Shown in pieces: positions 26,601-40,038 of a stretch of 64,000 nucleotides of DNA. The position numbers and the translations under genes are program-made. This DNA is from Octopus vulgaris (lineage: Eukaryota): the NCBI GenBank assembly GCA_951406725.2, contig OX597822.1, positions 48,794,001 to 48,858,000 of the forward strand. The letters are read 5' to 3'. The notes beneath the pieces are model-generated. The model saw nothing but the letters and a program-made list of their open reading frames with translations, did no database searches and was not told where the DNA came from. The stretch's first letter is position 1, and every line of letters starts with the position of its first letter.

Positions 26601-28762
26601 ATGTATATATATAGACATATAAACATATAAACATATATACACTTAAACATATATAAATATATATATACACATATACATATACATATATACATATATATAT
26701 ACATACATATATGTATACATATACATATATATATATATACACATATATATATACATATATATATATATATACACATATATATATACACACACATATATAT
26801 ATATATACATATATATACATGTGTGTTTGTGTGTGTGTACATATATATATATACATACATATATGTGTATATGTGTATATATACATATACATACACACAC
26901 ACACAAAAATATATACACATACATATATACACACACACAGATATATGTGCTTCGCATCAACACCTCCTCGCCACTTTGCTATGCAGCTCCACCCTTATTC
27001 ACTTTGGTTTGGCCTTGAAATGTCAAATGAATAACAACTGCAGTCTGCCTCAATCTACTGCACCACCACAACCACCACCACCACCACAACCACAACCACC
27101 ACCACAGCCACAACCACCACCACCACCACCACCACCACAACCTCCACCTCTAGCTCTACATCATCATCTCAACTCTGTACCACCACTACCCATACCACAA
27201 CTTCTAGTACCATCACCAGCAAAAGATCTCACCAGCCAGTGAGAGGGTTTCTATGCACCCACCAGACTGTTAGACATAGCAGCCAAATCTCTCTCAAATT
27301 CTGACCCACCTGCTTCAAAAGCAAAACAAAAAAGGACGTATAATATGGCTTCACATATGGAATATTGTGATTTAAAAAAAATATTTGGTTCAAATGGAAT
27401 TATTGCTGCAGTCAGCAGTAAATGAATCCATGTTGAGACTCCTTGTAGATGACTCCTTGTAGATGACTCCCTGCAATGATGGCACATGGAATCTCAACAC
27501 TTTGCAAAGGACTTTGGCATCAAAACTGGTTCTTTGTAGGGCACAAGGAGAAGATTCTTGAAGATTGAGTCATGTGATGGCTTAATGCTGATTGGGTGTT
27601 TAAAAGACAGATCACATGAAACTATTGTGGTTTGTCCGTGATGTATGACCGGTTACCAAGTGGTTTCGTTTCAAATCCTTGCTACAAGTGTTTTCTTCAC
27701 AAGAAAAGGAAGAAACGAGCAAGAAAATGCATCAAGGTGGAAACTTCACCACTGTTGGCTTCTACTCCCCTTCTCTCTCACATTCATTATCTTTCATTCT
27801 TTCACTCTCACTCATTCACTCTCACTTTATCACACTCTCTCAAAATCTTTCATACTCTCACCTTCATGTTTTCCATTTCTATCTTTCTCATTCTTACTCC
27901 CCTCTCTGCATCTCTCTCTCTCCTTTCACACACACTCTCTCTCCTCTCACATTCTCTCTCTCCTATCACACTCTCTCTCTCTCCTCTCACACTCTCACCC
28001 TCACTCCCTTTCTCTCCTCCTCTCAACTGTTCTAACACACTTTCTTCTCTCCTCCCAAGAGGTGACAGCAGTGGTGGTGGTGGTGGCAGTAGCAGTGGTG
28101 TTGTTCTAGTGATGGTGATGGTGGTGGTGGTAGTGGTGGTAGTGGTGGTAGTGGTGGTGGTGGTAGTGGTGGTGGTGGTAATGGTGGTGGTGGTCTTGGT
28201 GATCTACTTGCTACCTGACAATTTATTGTATTAACATCCTTTTGATGTTGACCTCCCCCCCACCACCACCACCATTATCACTTGTCTCTTTGAAAAACTG
28301 TCTTGTAGTGGCTTTCATTAACGAGACATTATACAATTATCTTGGGAAAGGAATTTTCTAGGTTTCCACAGCTGCGACTTGAAACAATAAGTAAAACAAA
28401 AAAATATATTTTAAAAAACGAGAGAAACAACCACAAACTATCATCACCACCCCCAGCATCATCATCAGCATCATCACCAGCAGCAGCAGCATCATCACCA
28501 CCACCATCATCATCATCACCAGCCTCATCATCATCACTAGCATCATCACCAGCCTCATCATCATCACTAGCATCATCCTCCTCCTCCTCATCATCATCAT
28601 CATCATCACCATCATCATTGTCATCAGTATCATCATCATCACCATTGTTATCATCAAAATCTTTATTATCACCATCATCATTACCACCACCACCACCACT
28701 ACCATCATGATCATCATTTAACATCCTTTGTCTACACTGGCATGGGTTCTACGGTTTGACCA

Positions 28763-29300
28763 GGAAGACCTGGGATGAGGTGGTGAAGCACGACCTTCGA
28801 ACATTAGGCCTCACCGAGACAATAGCTAGTGACCAAGACCTTTGGAAATGTGCTGTGCTTGAGAAGACCTAGCAAGCTAAGCGAGACCAAAACCCATGGC
28901 CTATGCCAGGGGTGTAACCAGCCCACTTATACGTACCTTTCTTTCAGTGGACAATAAACTTTGCTTGCAAAGACCTATTGAGGGAAGAGAAATCAAAATC
29001 AAAATCAAATTCAATGACTGGCATCCATGTTAGTGGAGCGCTAAGAGCACCATCCGAGCGGGATCGTTGCCAGAGCAGCTGGCTAGCTTCTGTGCTGGTG
29101 GTATGTAAAAAGCACCATTCAGGCGTGATCGTGACCAGTATCTCCCTACTGGCACTTGTGCCTCTGGCATGTGACAAAATATTCAAGCAAGGTCGTTGCC
29201 AGTGCCACTGGACTGGCTCCTGTGCAGGTGGCACATAAAAAACACCATTTGAACATGGCTGTTGCCAGTACCACCTGACTGGCCCTTGTGCCAGTGGAAT
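28763..29300 (+). mobile_element. RTE LINE ORF end + 3' UTR fragment
   Basis: RKTWDEVVKHDLRTLGLTE..DLWKCAVLEKT, homologous to 21634-21750. Confidence 0.8.
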
Positions 29301-29369
29301 GTCTCTCTCTCTATATATATATGTATGTATATGTATATGTATTATCAATATGTATATGTATGTATATGT

Positions 29370-29403
<34 letters not shown>

Positions 29404-29541
29404 ATAGCTATATGTATATATATATTCATTCGACTAATACCACTCAGACATTTTCAAGCCAGTCTTAACTAATGAAACATTAGATACATTATTTACATTA
29501 TTTACATTTGATGGATATTTGTCCTCATCTTGTTTGTTGTT

Positions 29542-29587
29542 AACACAACGTTTCGACTGATATACTCTCCAGCCTTCATCAGGTGTC
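29542..29587 (-). ncRNA. Minimal hammerhead motif in left arm of Penelope-like inverted repeat
   Basis: GACAC CUGAUGA aGGCUG..CAGUC GAAA C GUU GUGUU. Confidence 0.75.
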
Positions 29588-29779
29588 TTGGGGAAATTTC
29601 AAACTTGGGTTCTCATTCCTAAGGTATTTTTCGATGTTATTATTCTGAGTTCGATTCCAGGCAGTGACCTGAATAAAGATGATGATGATGATAATAATAA
29701 TAATAATAATGATAATAATAATAATAATAATATTGAAAAATACCTTAGAAATGAGAACCCAGGTTCGAAATTTCCCCAA

Positions 29780-29825
29780 GACACCTGATGAAGGCTGGAG
29801 GATATATCAGTCAAAACGTTGTGTT
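29780..29825 (+). ncRNA. Hammerhead motif, right arm, core mutated (GAAA to AAAA)
   Basis: gacac CTGATGA aggctg gaggatatat cagtc AAAA cgtt gtgtt; G12 is lost. Confidence 0.65.
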
Positions 29826-30075
29826 AACAACAAACAAGATGAGGACAAATATCCATCAAATGTAAATAATGTAAATAATGTACATAATTCCTCATCTCTT
29901 AAGTATAGAACCGAAACGTTACATGACACAGTTATTATGTATTATGTCTGAGACAACAGATGGGATGGCCATGGCTTTGGAATGTCTTTTTTTTTTGTAT
30001 GTTTCTATTTATGTATATTTAACATCCTTTTTAATTTGTTCCTTTATTCCACATTGTTGCTGTTGTTGTTTGCAG

Positions 30076-30157
30076 GCTCATTCCAAAGCTGACCTGAGAC
30101 CCGGATGTCATCCTGAGAAAGATGAGGAAGTTTTCAACTGTGTTAATCGAATGACAT
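30076..30157 (+). CDS. RECK: RECK exon (CC2 end): AHSKADLRPGCHPEKDEEVFNCVNRMT
   Basis: tttgcag acceptor and GTAAGT donor; 82 nt, phase 0 to 1; resembles ASSKNDISKVCRKEYENALFSCISRNEM. Confidence 0.9.
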
Positions 30158-30952
30158 GTAAGTACTTGGTCCTGCTCACATGTATGCACATGTATATGCA
30201 CTCCTCACATGTATGCACACACACACACACACACACACAAACATCACCACTACCACCACCACCACCAGTATACCATCACCTCCACTAACACCACAATCAC
30301 CACCACCACCAACAACAACACCACCACCACCATCACCACCATCACTACCACCACTACTATCACCATCACCACTTGCATACCATCACCTCCACTAACATCA
30401 CAATCACCACCACCACCATCACTACCACTACTACTATCACCATTACCACTTGTATACCATCACTGCCACTAATATCACAATCACCACCACCACCACCACC
30501 ACCACCACCACCAACAGCAACATCATCACCACCATCACCACCACTACTACTATCACCACGACCACCAGTATACCATCACCTCCACTAACAACACCACAAT
30601 GACCACCACCACCACTGCCACCCCCACTAACACCACATGCATCCAACAAACCATCCTGACATATAGACCCTACACAGGCACTGGCATGCACGGCACACCC
30701 CCTCATCCCCTCGCTACCCCTTCCACCACGCCCCTCCCCACCTCCAGCATTATCTGTGATGACAGGTGAGGCATGCCTTCCCAATAACACAACAATGTGC
30801 TAAAAAGAAGTGTTTAAAAATAGTGATGGGGGAGAAGGGGAGGGGAGTGAAAGGACCACAAAGCCTGCTGCCATTGCTGCTGCTGCTACTGATAATGATG
30901 ATGATGATGATGATGTCACAGTAGTGGCAGTGGCGGCGGGTGGTGGCGGTGA

Positions 30953-30994
<42 letters not shown>

Positions 30995-31706
30995 TAATCT
31001 CGCCAGCCAGTGAATCAGCCTTGAACAACAAGCATACCTGTGATCAAAGGCATTCCAGTTGTGACCATCCTGTCTTTTGGTATATATTAAGGAGCCCATT
31101 TAGCCAGTGTCTGTTTGTTTATGTCTTCATTTTGAAAAGTTTTAGCTGTTATTTCAAAAGACAAACCAACACACATACATGCTCCCTTGTTGATTTGCCA
31201 AGGTAGTGGTTCCTGTTCTTGTTTAGCCCCAGGTCAGATTGGATCGAGTAGACCTACATGCAAAGGCATTCCATCTGTGACCATCCCATTGTTTTCATAT
31301 GTGCAAAGAACCCAAGGACAGATTATTGAATGTGTTCTTTTCTTAGACAGTGAGTGTATGGTTCTTGGAGAATTTGGCTCGAGTGACCGTGTTGACCAGT
31401 GGTCCCCAACTCCTTTTTTTTGCCAATGGAACCCTTTCGTCCCTGTTTTACTCAGATGGACCCTCCTGAGCATTCGATTTTTAAAAAGTCCTTTAGTATT
31501 CTTATAATTAAATAGGCACCAGCATGGCTGTGTGGTAAGAAGTTTGCTTCCTAACCACATGGTTCCGGGTTCAGTTCCATTGCATGGCACCTTGGGTGAG
31601 TGTCTTCTACTATAGCCTCAGGATGACCAAAGCCTTGTAGGTTGATTTGGTAGATGGAAACTGAAAGAAGCCTATCATACACACACACATATATAATATA
31701 TATATC

Positions 31707-31900
31707 ATGATCATCATCATCTTAGTTTAGCGTCCGCTTTCCATGCTAGCATGGGTTGGACGGTTCAACTGGGTGGGGCCTGGGAAGCCAGAAGGCTGCA
31801 CCAGGCCTTCTGGCTTCCCAGACCCCAGTTGAACCGTCCAACCCATGCTAGCATGGAAAGCGGACGCTAGACGAAGATGATGATGATGATGATGATGATG
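31707..31900. repeat. Fold-back of two RTE 3' ends
   Basis: (cat)n-tagcgtccgctttccatgctagcatgggttggacggttcaactggg..ctgggaagccagaaggc mirrored by gccttctggcttcccag..cccagttgaaccgtccaacccatgctagcatggaaagcggacgcta-(gat)n. Confidence 0.85.
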
Positions 31901-31913
31901 ATGATATATATAC

Positions 31914-31980
<67 letters not shown>

Positions 31981-32259
31981 ATGTGTATGTATATGTGCAT
32001 ATATATGTATGCATGTGTGTGTGTATATGTATATATATGTGTATATATATGTATATGTGTGTGTATGTATATATATGTGCATATATATGTATATATGTGT
32101 GTGTATATGTATATATATGTGCATATATATGCATATATATGTGTGTGTGTGTATATGTATACATATATGTGCATATATATGTATATATGTGTGTGTGTGT
32201 GTATATGTATATATATATATGTGCATATATATGTATATATATGTGTGTGTATATATATG

Positions 32260-32289
<30 letters not shown>

Positions 32290-32290
<1 letters not shown>

Positions 32291-33068
32291 GGAATTTGTA
32301 TCTTGTGGTACCAGTGCCTGTGGCACACAAGAAATCCATCAGTGCTGTAGTCAGTGCGGTGGGCACATGACAAACACTATCCGATCGTGGCCGTTCGCCA
32401 GGCTCATCTAGCACCTGTGTCGGTGGCACATAAAAACACCATCCGAAGACCCGGCAAGACTAGTCAGGCCATAACCCATGGCCCCTACCTGGGACGTAGT
32501 CAGTCCACCTGTGCATACCTTCCTTCTTGTGACACTTGTGAAGACCTGTTGAGGCAAGTGAAAATCAAAACAAATCAAAATAGATGAACATCAATGGAAT
32601 TTGTATCTTTGTGGTACCAGTGCCGGTGGCACGTGGCACACAAGAAAACCATCCGAACGTGGCCGTAGCCAGTACCGCATCGACTGGCCTCCGTGCTGTG
32701 GGCACGTAACAAGCACCATCCGATCGTGGCCGTTTGCCAGCCTCATCTGGCACCTGTGTCGGTGGCACATAAAAACACCATCCGAGCGTGGCCGTCTGCC
32801 AGCCTCGTCTGGCACCTGTGTCGGTGGCACATAAAAAACACCATCCGAGCGTGGCCGTTTGCCAGCCTCGTCTGGCACCTGTGTCGGTGGCACATAAAAT
32901 CACCCACTACACTCTCGGAGTGGTTGGCGTTAGGAAGGGCATCCAGCTGTAGAAACACTGCCAGATCTGACTGGACTGGTGCAGCTTTCGGGCTCCCCAG
33001 ACCCCAGTTGAACCGTCCAACCCATGCTAGCATGGAAAGCGGACGTTAAATGATGATGATGATGATGA
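32290..33068 (+). mobile_element. RTE 3' UTR with partial internal duplication
   Basis: Same about 60-bp repeats and terminus as 21027-21600. Confidence 0.85.
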
Positions 33069-33112
33069 TATGTATATATATATATGTATATAATATATAT
33101 ATATATAATATA

Positions 33113-33507
33113 CTAGCAGTATCGCCCGGCGTTGCTCGGGTTTGTAAGGGAAATAATTATATAAGCATTTTTAGAGATGTAAAGTATAATAGCCATCTCA
33201 ATATGGCTAACCACAAAGGGGGAGGGGTGTTACTGTAGCTTTTTACGTTCTGAGATTTAATAATAAATTTTAGAGAGTTACTTCCCTTATATATGTCAAA
33301 AATGTATTAAAAATTGGAAAAATTGATGGTAAATTTTTTTATAAATCGTAGACTCATCGTAGACGCGCACTAATACCCAGACGGTCTCGATATGAATCAC
33401 GACTATAAGATACCCGGTTTTGGTTAAACTGCACCGCAAAATGTGGGAGTAGTTAGGAATCTAAATCGTAGGAGACAGACACACAACCTCACTTTTATCT
33501 ATAAAGA
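33113..33507 (-). mobile_element. Complete non-autonomous Helitron
   Basis: Minus strand reads A|TCtttatagataaaag ... hairpin cccgagcaacgccggg ... CTAG|T; no TSD. Confidence 0.85.
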
Positions 33508-33673
33508 TTTCCTCTATTTACATAATATTGAGGTATCTTTCTTTCTTTTGTTATCTTACTGTTTTTACCAATATACATATATATATATATATATATAAAT
33601 ATATATATAGTTACAGAGATGTACTTGCATAGCAAGTGACTTGATCTGAGATCGTGTGCTGGAACGAAAACAG

Positions 33674-33932
33674 TTGCAGCGTTGAAGGTGTTTATAAGCC
33701 ATTTAAGAAACACACAAAAACCGTTAGATTCACTTCAACATTTAAATTTAATTTGTCAAAATATTTTCGTCGCTTTGAGACCGCGACCTGTTAGCACGAT
33801 ATTTTTGTCAGTGAACAGGTGGCGGTCTCAAAGCGACGAAAATATTTTGGCAAATTAAATTTAAATGTTGAAGTGAATGTAACGGTTTTTGTGTGTTTCT
33901 TAAATGGCTTACAAACACCTTCCACGCTGCAA
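33674..33932. mobile_element. Penelope-like inverted repeat (about 119-bp arms, 21-nt spacer)
   Basis: 33674-33792 is the near-exact reverse complement of 33814-33932. Confidence 0.8.
33804..33854 (+). ncRNA. Hammerhead-like motif with covariant G3-C8 core (GUGAACA)
   Basis: tttgtca GTGAACA g gtggc ggtctcaaa gcgac GAAA atat TT tggcaaa. Stem I is 7 bp; the opposite arm shows the perfect stem II gtcgc/gcgac. Confidence 0.6.
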
Positions 33933-34306
33933 TATATATATACACATATATATATATATATGTATGTATGTATGTATGTGTGTATATGTGTATGCATGTA
34001 TGTGTGTGTGTGTGTGTGTGCGTGTCTGTGCTTGTGATTGTCCTCCACCACTGCTTGACAACGAATGTTGGTTTGTTTACATCCCTGTCACCTAGTGGTT
34101 TGACAAAGGAAACAGATAGAATAAGTACAATGCTTACAAAAATAAAACTGGAGTTGATTCATTAAACTACAATTCTTCAAGGCATTGCCCCAGCATGGCC
34201 ACAGACCAATGGCTGGAAAAAGCAGAAGAATAAAAGAATACATTCTCTGCTTTGGTCATATGTTGAAGGCATGAGAAAGCTTGAGTTTACATGAGAAGGC
34301 CTAACA

Positions 34307-34788
34307 GACCTGGTAGAAACAGCAGCCAAATCTCCCTCAAATCACACCTTACTGTCTTATGTATGTATATATATATATATGAGCCAATGAGGGGGACCTC
34401 TACATGGTAGCTAGACCTGGTAGAAATAGCAGCCAAATTTCCCCCAAATCACACCTTACTGTCTTATCTATGTATATATGTATGTATGAGCCTATGAGGG
34501 AGACCCCTCATGGCAGCTAGACCTGGTAGAAATAGCAGCCAAATTTCCCCCAAATCACACCTTACTGTCTTATCTATGTATATATGTATGTATGAGCCTA
34601 TGAGGGAGACCCCTACATGGCAGCTAGACCTGGTAGAAATAGCAGCCAAATTTCCCCCAAATCACACCTTACTGTCTTATCTATGTATATATATGTATGT
34701 ATGAGCCTATGAGGGAGACCCCTACAGGCAGCTAGACATGGTAGAAATAGCAGCCAAATCTCCCTCAAATCACACCTTACTGTCTTAT
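34307..34788 (+). repeat. Tandem repeat, about 107-bp unit x 4.5
   Basis: Units start at 34307, 34414, 34520, 34627 and 34735 (gacctggtagaaatagcagccaaat...). Confidence 0.9.
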
Positions 34789-35326
34789 CTTTCTGCTACT
34801 TGGATATAGGTGTTATATTCGTCGTAAAAACTTTCCTGTCACACACTCACGCACACGCACACACACACACACACACACACGCAACCTCACACACACACAC
34901 ACGCGCACACCCACACACACCCACTCACACACACGCACGTTAGCTTACAATTTTATTTATATATTTGCGTGTCTGTGTGGAAAGAAGAAGTGGGAGGCAG
35001 AGTGAAAGAATCACTCACTACAGTAAGTGAATTAGTTTCATTTTATTCGTTGCCCACTGTGTGTGTGCGTTTGCGTGTGGTGTAAACCAGACTAAGAAAA
35101 GCATTTGACACACACACCAGAATGTGAGTTTTCTGTAAATTTTGCTTAACTGGAGTTTAAATTTTAAAAACTGGAGCTGGCATGACGCGATGCATTGTAC
35201 TCTTAAAAATGCAAGGTAAATTGTAATTGAAGAAATCCTATATTGTAGATTTGTATAACTCCCAAAGGGAGGCAGATAAAATCTGCCTTTTATAATAAGA
35301 GATATATATGTGTATATATATATATA

Positions 35327-35385
<59 letters not shown>

Positions 35386-35689
35386 ATATATACATGTATA
35401 TATTTGTGTATTTGTGTTTGTCCCTCCTCCATTGCTTGACTACCGATGTTGGTGTGTTTACGTCCGTGTAACTTAGTAGTTCAGCAAAAGAGTTTGATAG
35501 AATAAGTACCAGGCTTACAAAGAATAAGTCCAAGGGTTGATTTCTTTGACTAAAAGGCAAGTGCTCCAGCATGGTCACATTCAAAATGGCTGAAACAAAT
35601 AAAAGAATATTTATACCACTATTCTTTTATATTTCATATTCAGTGCAGTCTGTGGAACCTCAGGGTGGAACCAAAAGCATCGATTATGC

Positions 35690-36029
35690 CAGATTTCAGT
35701 GAAAGACATCACACATGTGACATGACATGGTCGCCAAAACAATATAGAATCCTTTCTGCAAAAAGTCTATGTTGGAGATAAATACAGAGAATCGCCTGTC
35801 ATTGGATACATTCATAACAATTCCCAGTAGGAATATTGGTAGAATTCTCCAATCAAAACTTCTGCCAAGTGAAAACATAACAGGCTGGATATTGTTGTTT
35901 GTGACAGACAAGAGAAATTATGTACCTACTGACATGAATGCTTCTTTGAAAATCAAAGAGATAGAGAATGACAGACAACTGCTTTGAAAACTCCAGCTTC
36001 TTTATATCCAGATTATAAATTCGTATTCA
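35690..36029 (+). mobile_element. Highly decayed R4/Dong-type RLE LINE fragment
   Basis: HDMVAKTI..PIKTSAK*KHNRLDIVVCDRQEK..KLQLLYPDYKF across frameshifts. Confidence 0.55.
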
Positions 36030-36987
36030 GGAGCGGCTGTGTGGTAAGAAGCTTGCTTATCAATCACATGGTTCCGGGTTCAGCTCCACTGCATGGCACC
36101 TAGGGTGAATGTCTTCTGCTATAGCCTCAGGATGACCAAAGCCTTGTAAGTGTGAACGAATATTGATGAGAGTGACGACACAAATGTGAAAAAGACAAAC
36201 AAAATAAAATAAATGGCTGTGTGGTGAGTAGCTTGCTTCGCAGCCACATGGTTCTGCGTTCAGTCTCACTGCATGGCACATTGGGCAAGTGTCTTCTACT
36301 ATAACCTCAGGCCAACCAAAGCCTTATGAGTGGATTTGGCAGACAGAAACTGAAATAAGCCCGCCATATATATATATATATATATGTAAATGTATATATA
36401 TGATCATTGCTTCACAACCCATGCTGGTGTATCTACGTCCCTGTGACTCAGCGGTTCAGCAAAACTGACCAATAGAATAAGTACTAGGTTTACAAAGAAT
36501 AAGTCCTGGGGGGGGGTCAATTTTTCGACTAAAGCCAGTGCTCCAGCATGGCCACAGTCAAATGACTGAAACGAGTAAAAGAATAAAAGAATAAAAGAAA
36601 ACCCCAAGAGTAAATACCTAAGTGACAATGTGGATAAGCTGGGGTTTTCAGGAAAAGAGATCAACCAACAGAATTTGCACATTAAAAATGCAACCTGTAA
36701 GTTGAACAGTAAAAATATGCAAGACTTTTCTCAAGTTTAAAATATAACATCGTTTTTGTTATCTACATTCCAATGATGGAGGCTTGCATCTTTGTTAGAA
36801 AGTAGCTCCTTCCTAACAGAAAAGAACACACACACACATACACACATACATGCATGTGTGCACACACACATAATATATTTGTATATTCAATAAGTATATC
36901 CATATATAACGTTTATATGTATATGCGTATGTTATATATATTTAATATAAATGTATATAAAAATATATACATATGCACACATATGGA

Positions 36988-37024
<37 letters not shown>

Positions 37025-37100
37025 GTTGCACACTCACATATATATATATATATATATATATATCCATACATATACATATATATGAATAAAATACATACAT

Positions 37101-37155
<55 letters not shown>

Positions 37156-37761
37156 TATAATATATATACATATATATACATATATATAAACATATGTATA
37201 CACACACATATATATATATATACAGATATATACATATATGTATATATATATATACATATATATACATATATATGTATGTATATATATATACACATGTATA
37301 CATATATATATATATATATACATATATGTACACGTACACACATATATACACGTGCATATTTGTATATAAGTATATTTATATATACATATATATATATAAA
37401 TATATATGATACGCACATACACACACACACACACACATATACACATGCATAGAAGAGTCTTGCCAAGCACAAAGAACCTCCAAGCTTCAAAATGTAAGCC
37501 TCCACCCCACCGCAACTTCATTGCAAAATGCTTCCTCCAACAACCTCCCTCCACCCACCTCCAGTACTTCAGCCACCCGACCACCAGCACCACCATCACC
37601 ACCACCACCAAACCGGTCACAACCACCCCCTACTTCTATCCATTGGGAGGAGGGTGGGGGGGCGCCTCCTCTCTCCTTTACTCTCTCCTCAACTACTTTC
37701 TCTCAAGTGCCTACATCCTTTAGATTTTTAAAACTGCTCATGCCACCACCACCACCACCAC

Positions 37762-37829
<68 letters not shown>

Positions 37830-39835
37830 CCACCACCACCACCACCACTTCCACCACCCTCCACCATTTCCAATACCACTACCACTTAATGTTATAATCT
37901 ACTGTAGGTGGTAGGGAAGGGGTGTAGTGACATAAGTGGTATGGAGGCGGTGGTAAGAGGTGGGGTACTGATGGTAGAGGACAACAACAACAACAACACT
38001 GAACCACTTCAGCTGCTTTTTTTTTATTTATAACCCCACCATGGATGTATATCTGTGTGTGTATGTGTGTATGCATGTGTGTATGTATGTGAATATGTAT
38101 GTGTATTTGTGTGTATGTGTATGTATGTGTATGTATGTGTATGTGTGTATGTATGTATGTGTGTGCACGTATGTATGTGTATATGTATTGTATGTATGTG
38201 TGTTTGTCTGCTTGTGTGTGTATATACATATGCATACTTGTATGCATGTGTGTATATACATTTGTATGTCTATATGAACATATGCATTGTACGTGTTTGT
38301 ACTGTATGTCTATCTTGAGTGTTACCCCTCCATACTTCTACTCACACAACCACCCACACCCTGACAACTGACCACCCACACCCACACATGAACACTCATC
38401 CAGACCCCTTAAGTTAAATACCCCTGCTCCCCACCAACCCACACTTCTTCCCACTTCTATTAATGTTTACCTCAAAAGGTATTTTGTGTTCCTTGGTGAT
38501 TTAAGTGCAAAACACACACACACAATCACACACACACATTTTCACATGTATATACACACATATACAAAGTCTAATACATACACACTCACATACACACTAA
38601 TTCATTGCTCACTTTCACACCCATTTACATGCATACACACACAACACACACACACACACACACATTTATGCATGCATACTTTTACTCAGTACACTCACAC
38701 ACTCACACATGTACATACACATACACATGCACACACACACACACACACATATGCCCACAATCATACACTTTGCCATACACACACACACTGTAGTAGTCAT
38801 AGTAGTGGTCATTTCGGTCATGGTAGCAGTAATGGTGGTGGTGGTGGTGGTGGTGGTGGTAGTAGTGGTGGTGGTGGTGGTGGTGGTGATTACTGTGACA
38901 GTAGCCCCATTGGTACTAATGCTTGCACCACCACCACCTATATAGCCAAAAACAAAGCGGCACCCTTCCTTATTCCTTTAAAAGACAGGCAATTTTAATC
39001 AATAATGTCCCTTGGGTCTTTTAGATGTTAAATGGTAGAAAGAGAGAGGGAGGAAGGAAGGATGATAGATCTTAGGTGAGTGAGTGAGAGAAGCAGTGAT
39101 AGATTTGAGACAGAGTGAGATTATTCTATAAGAGAGGGTGACTTTCACTGTAACATGTACCTCCAAGATACCTTATGGTGTTCAGGTAAAGTTGGGCTCA
39201 GGTGCTGGAAATCCCTGCAGATTTCAATCAACCATGTTGTTTCACAAACTTGACAACAAGCTTAAGGGTCCATGAAAGCTCAAATATTTCTGGTCATAAA
39301 CCTTTGTATTTCACTTCCTACCCATCTACTTCAGCACCATCCTCTGAACGCAAAACCCCATCTGACTCCTCACCTTATTTTCCGTTTTACATAACAGACA
39401 TATACTTTCATATGCTTTGCTTCTTGACCCCTTAAGAAGAAGCATATATTCTCTCACATACAGCCTACTGTTTCCATTGACTTTTCTTTTGGAACCCCTT
39501 TTCTAAAATCAAAGATATGACACTTTCTTCATTATCCTATTTTCCTCAGGCAAAGAGGTACTCACTTTTGTAACGTACCTCTTCCATGCTTTTTTCTTAT
39601 TGAGAGCTAACTCATTTCTATCAACTCTTTTTGTCTCACTGTACAAGCAAAAGATGATTTGCTGTTGTTGGGATATTTGTTATTGTCATTTAAATTTAAG
39701 TTTGCTCCCCTCATTTCTTACTCAAAGTGCTTGTACTTACAATTGTTTAACATTTTCCTTTTCTTTTCATTTTAAATAAAAGGAAAAGATAACATCACTT
39801 ATTTCCCTGCGTCTCATTCACACACACACAGACAA

Positions 39836-39900
<65 letters not shown>

Positions 39901-39983
39901 TACACATTGACTCTCTAGCACACATATTCTCCGTTTTTCCCTATATCCTTCTCTGTATCTCTCACCCACTTTCCCTCTCGCCT

Positions 39984-40014
<31 letters not shown>

Positions 40015-40038
40015 CTCCCTCTCATATATATATATATA

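Larger units (their letters stand above)
29486..29882. mobile_element. Penelope-like inverted terminal repeat pair (about 155-bp arms)
   Basis: tacattatttacattatttacatttgatggatatttgtcc...ggtatttttc mirrored by gaaaaatacc...ggacaaatatccatcaaatgtaaataatgtaaataatgta; hammerhead in each arm. Confidence 0.8.

Noticed and set aside
34800-35302. Helitron-like 5' end on the minus strand (TCtcttattataaaag)
   Set aside because: No matching hairpin/CTAG 3' end found, so the boundaries are unsupported.
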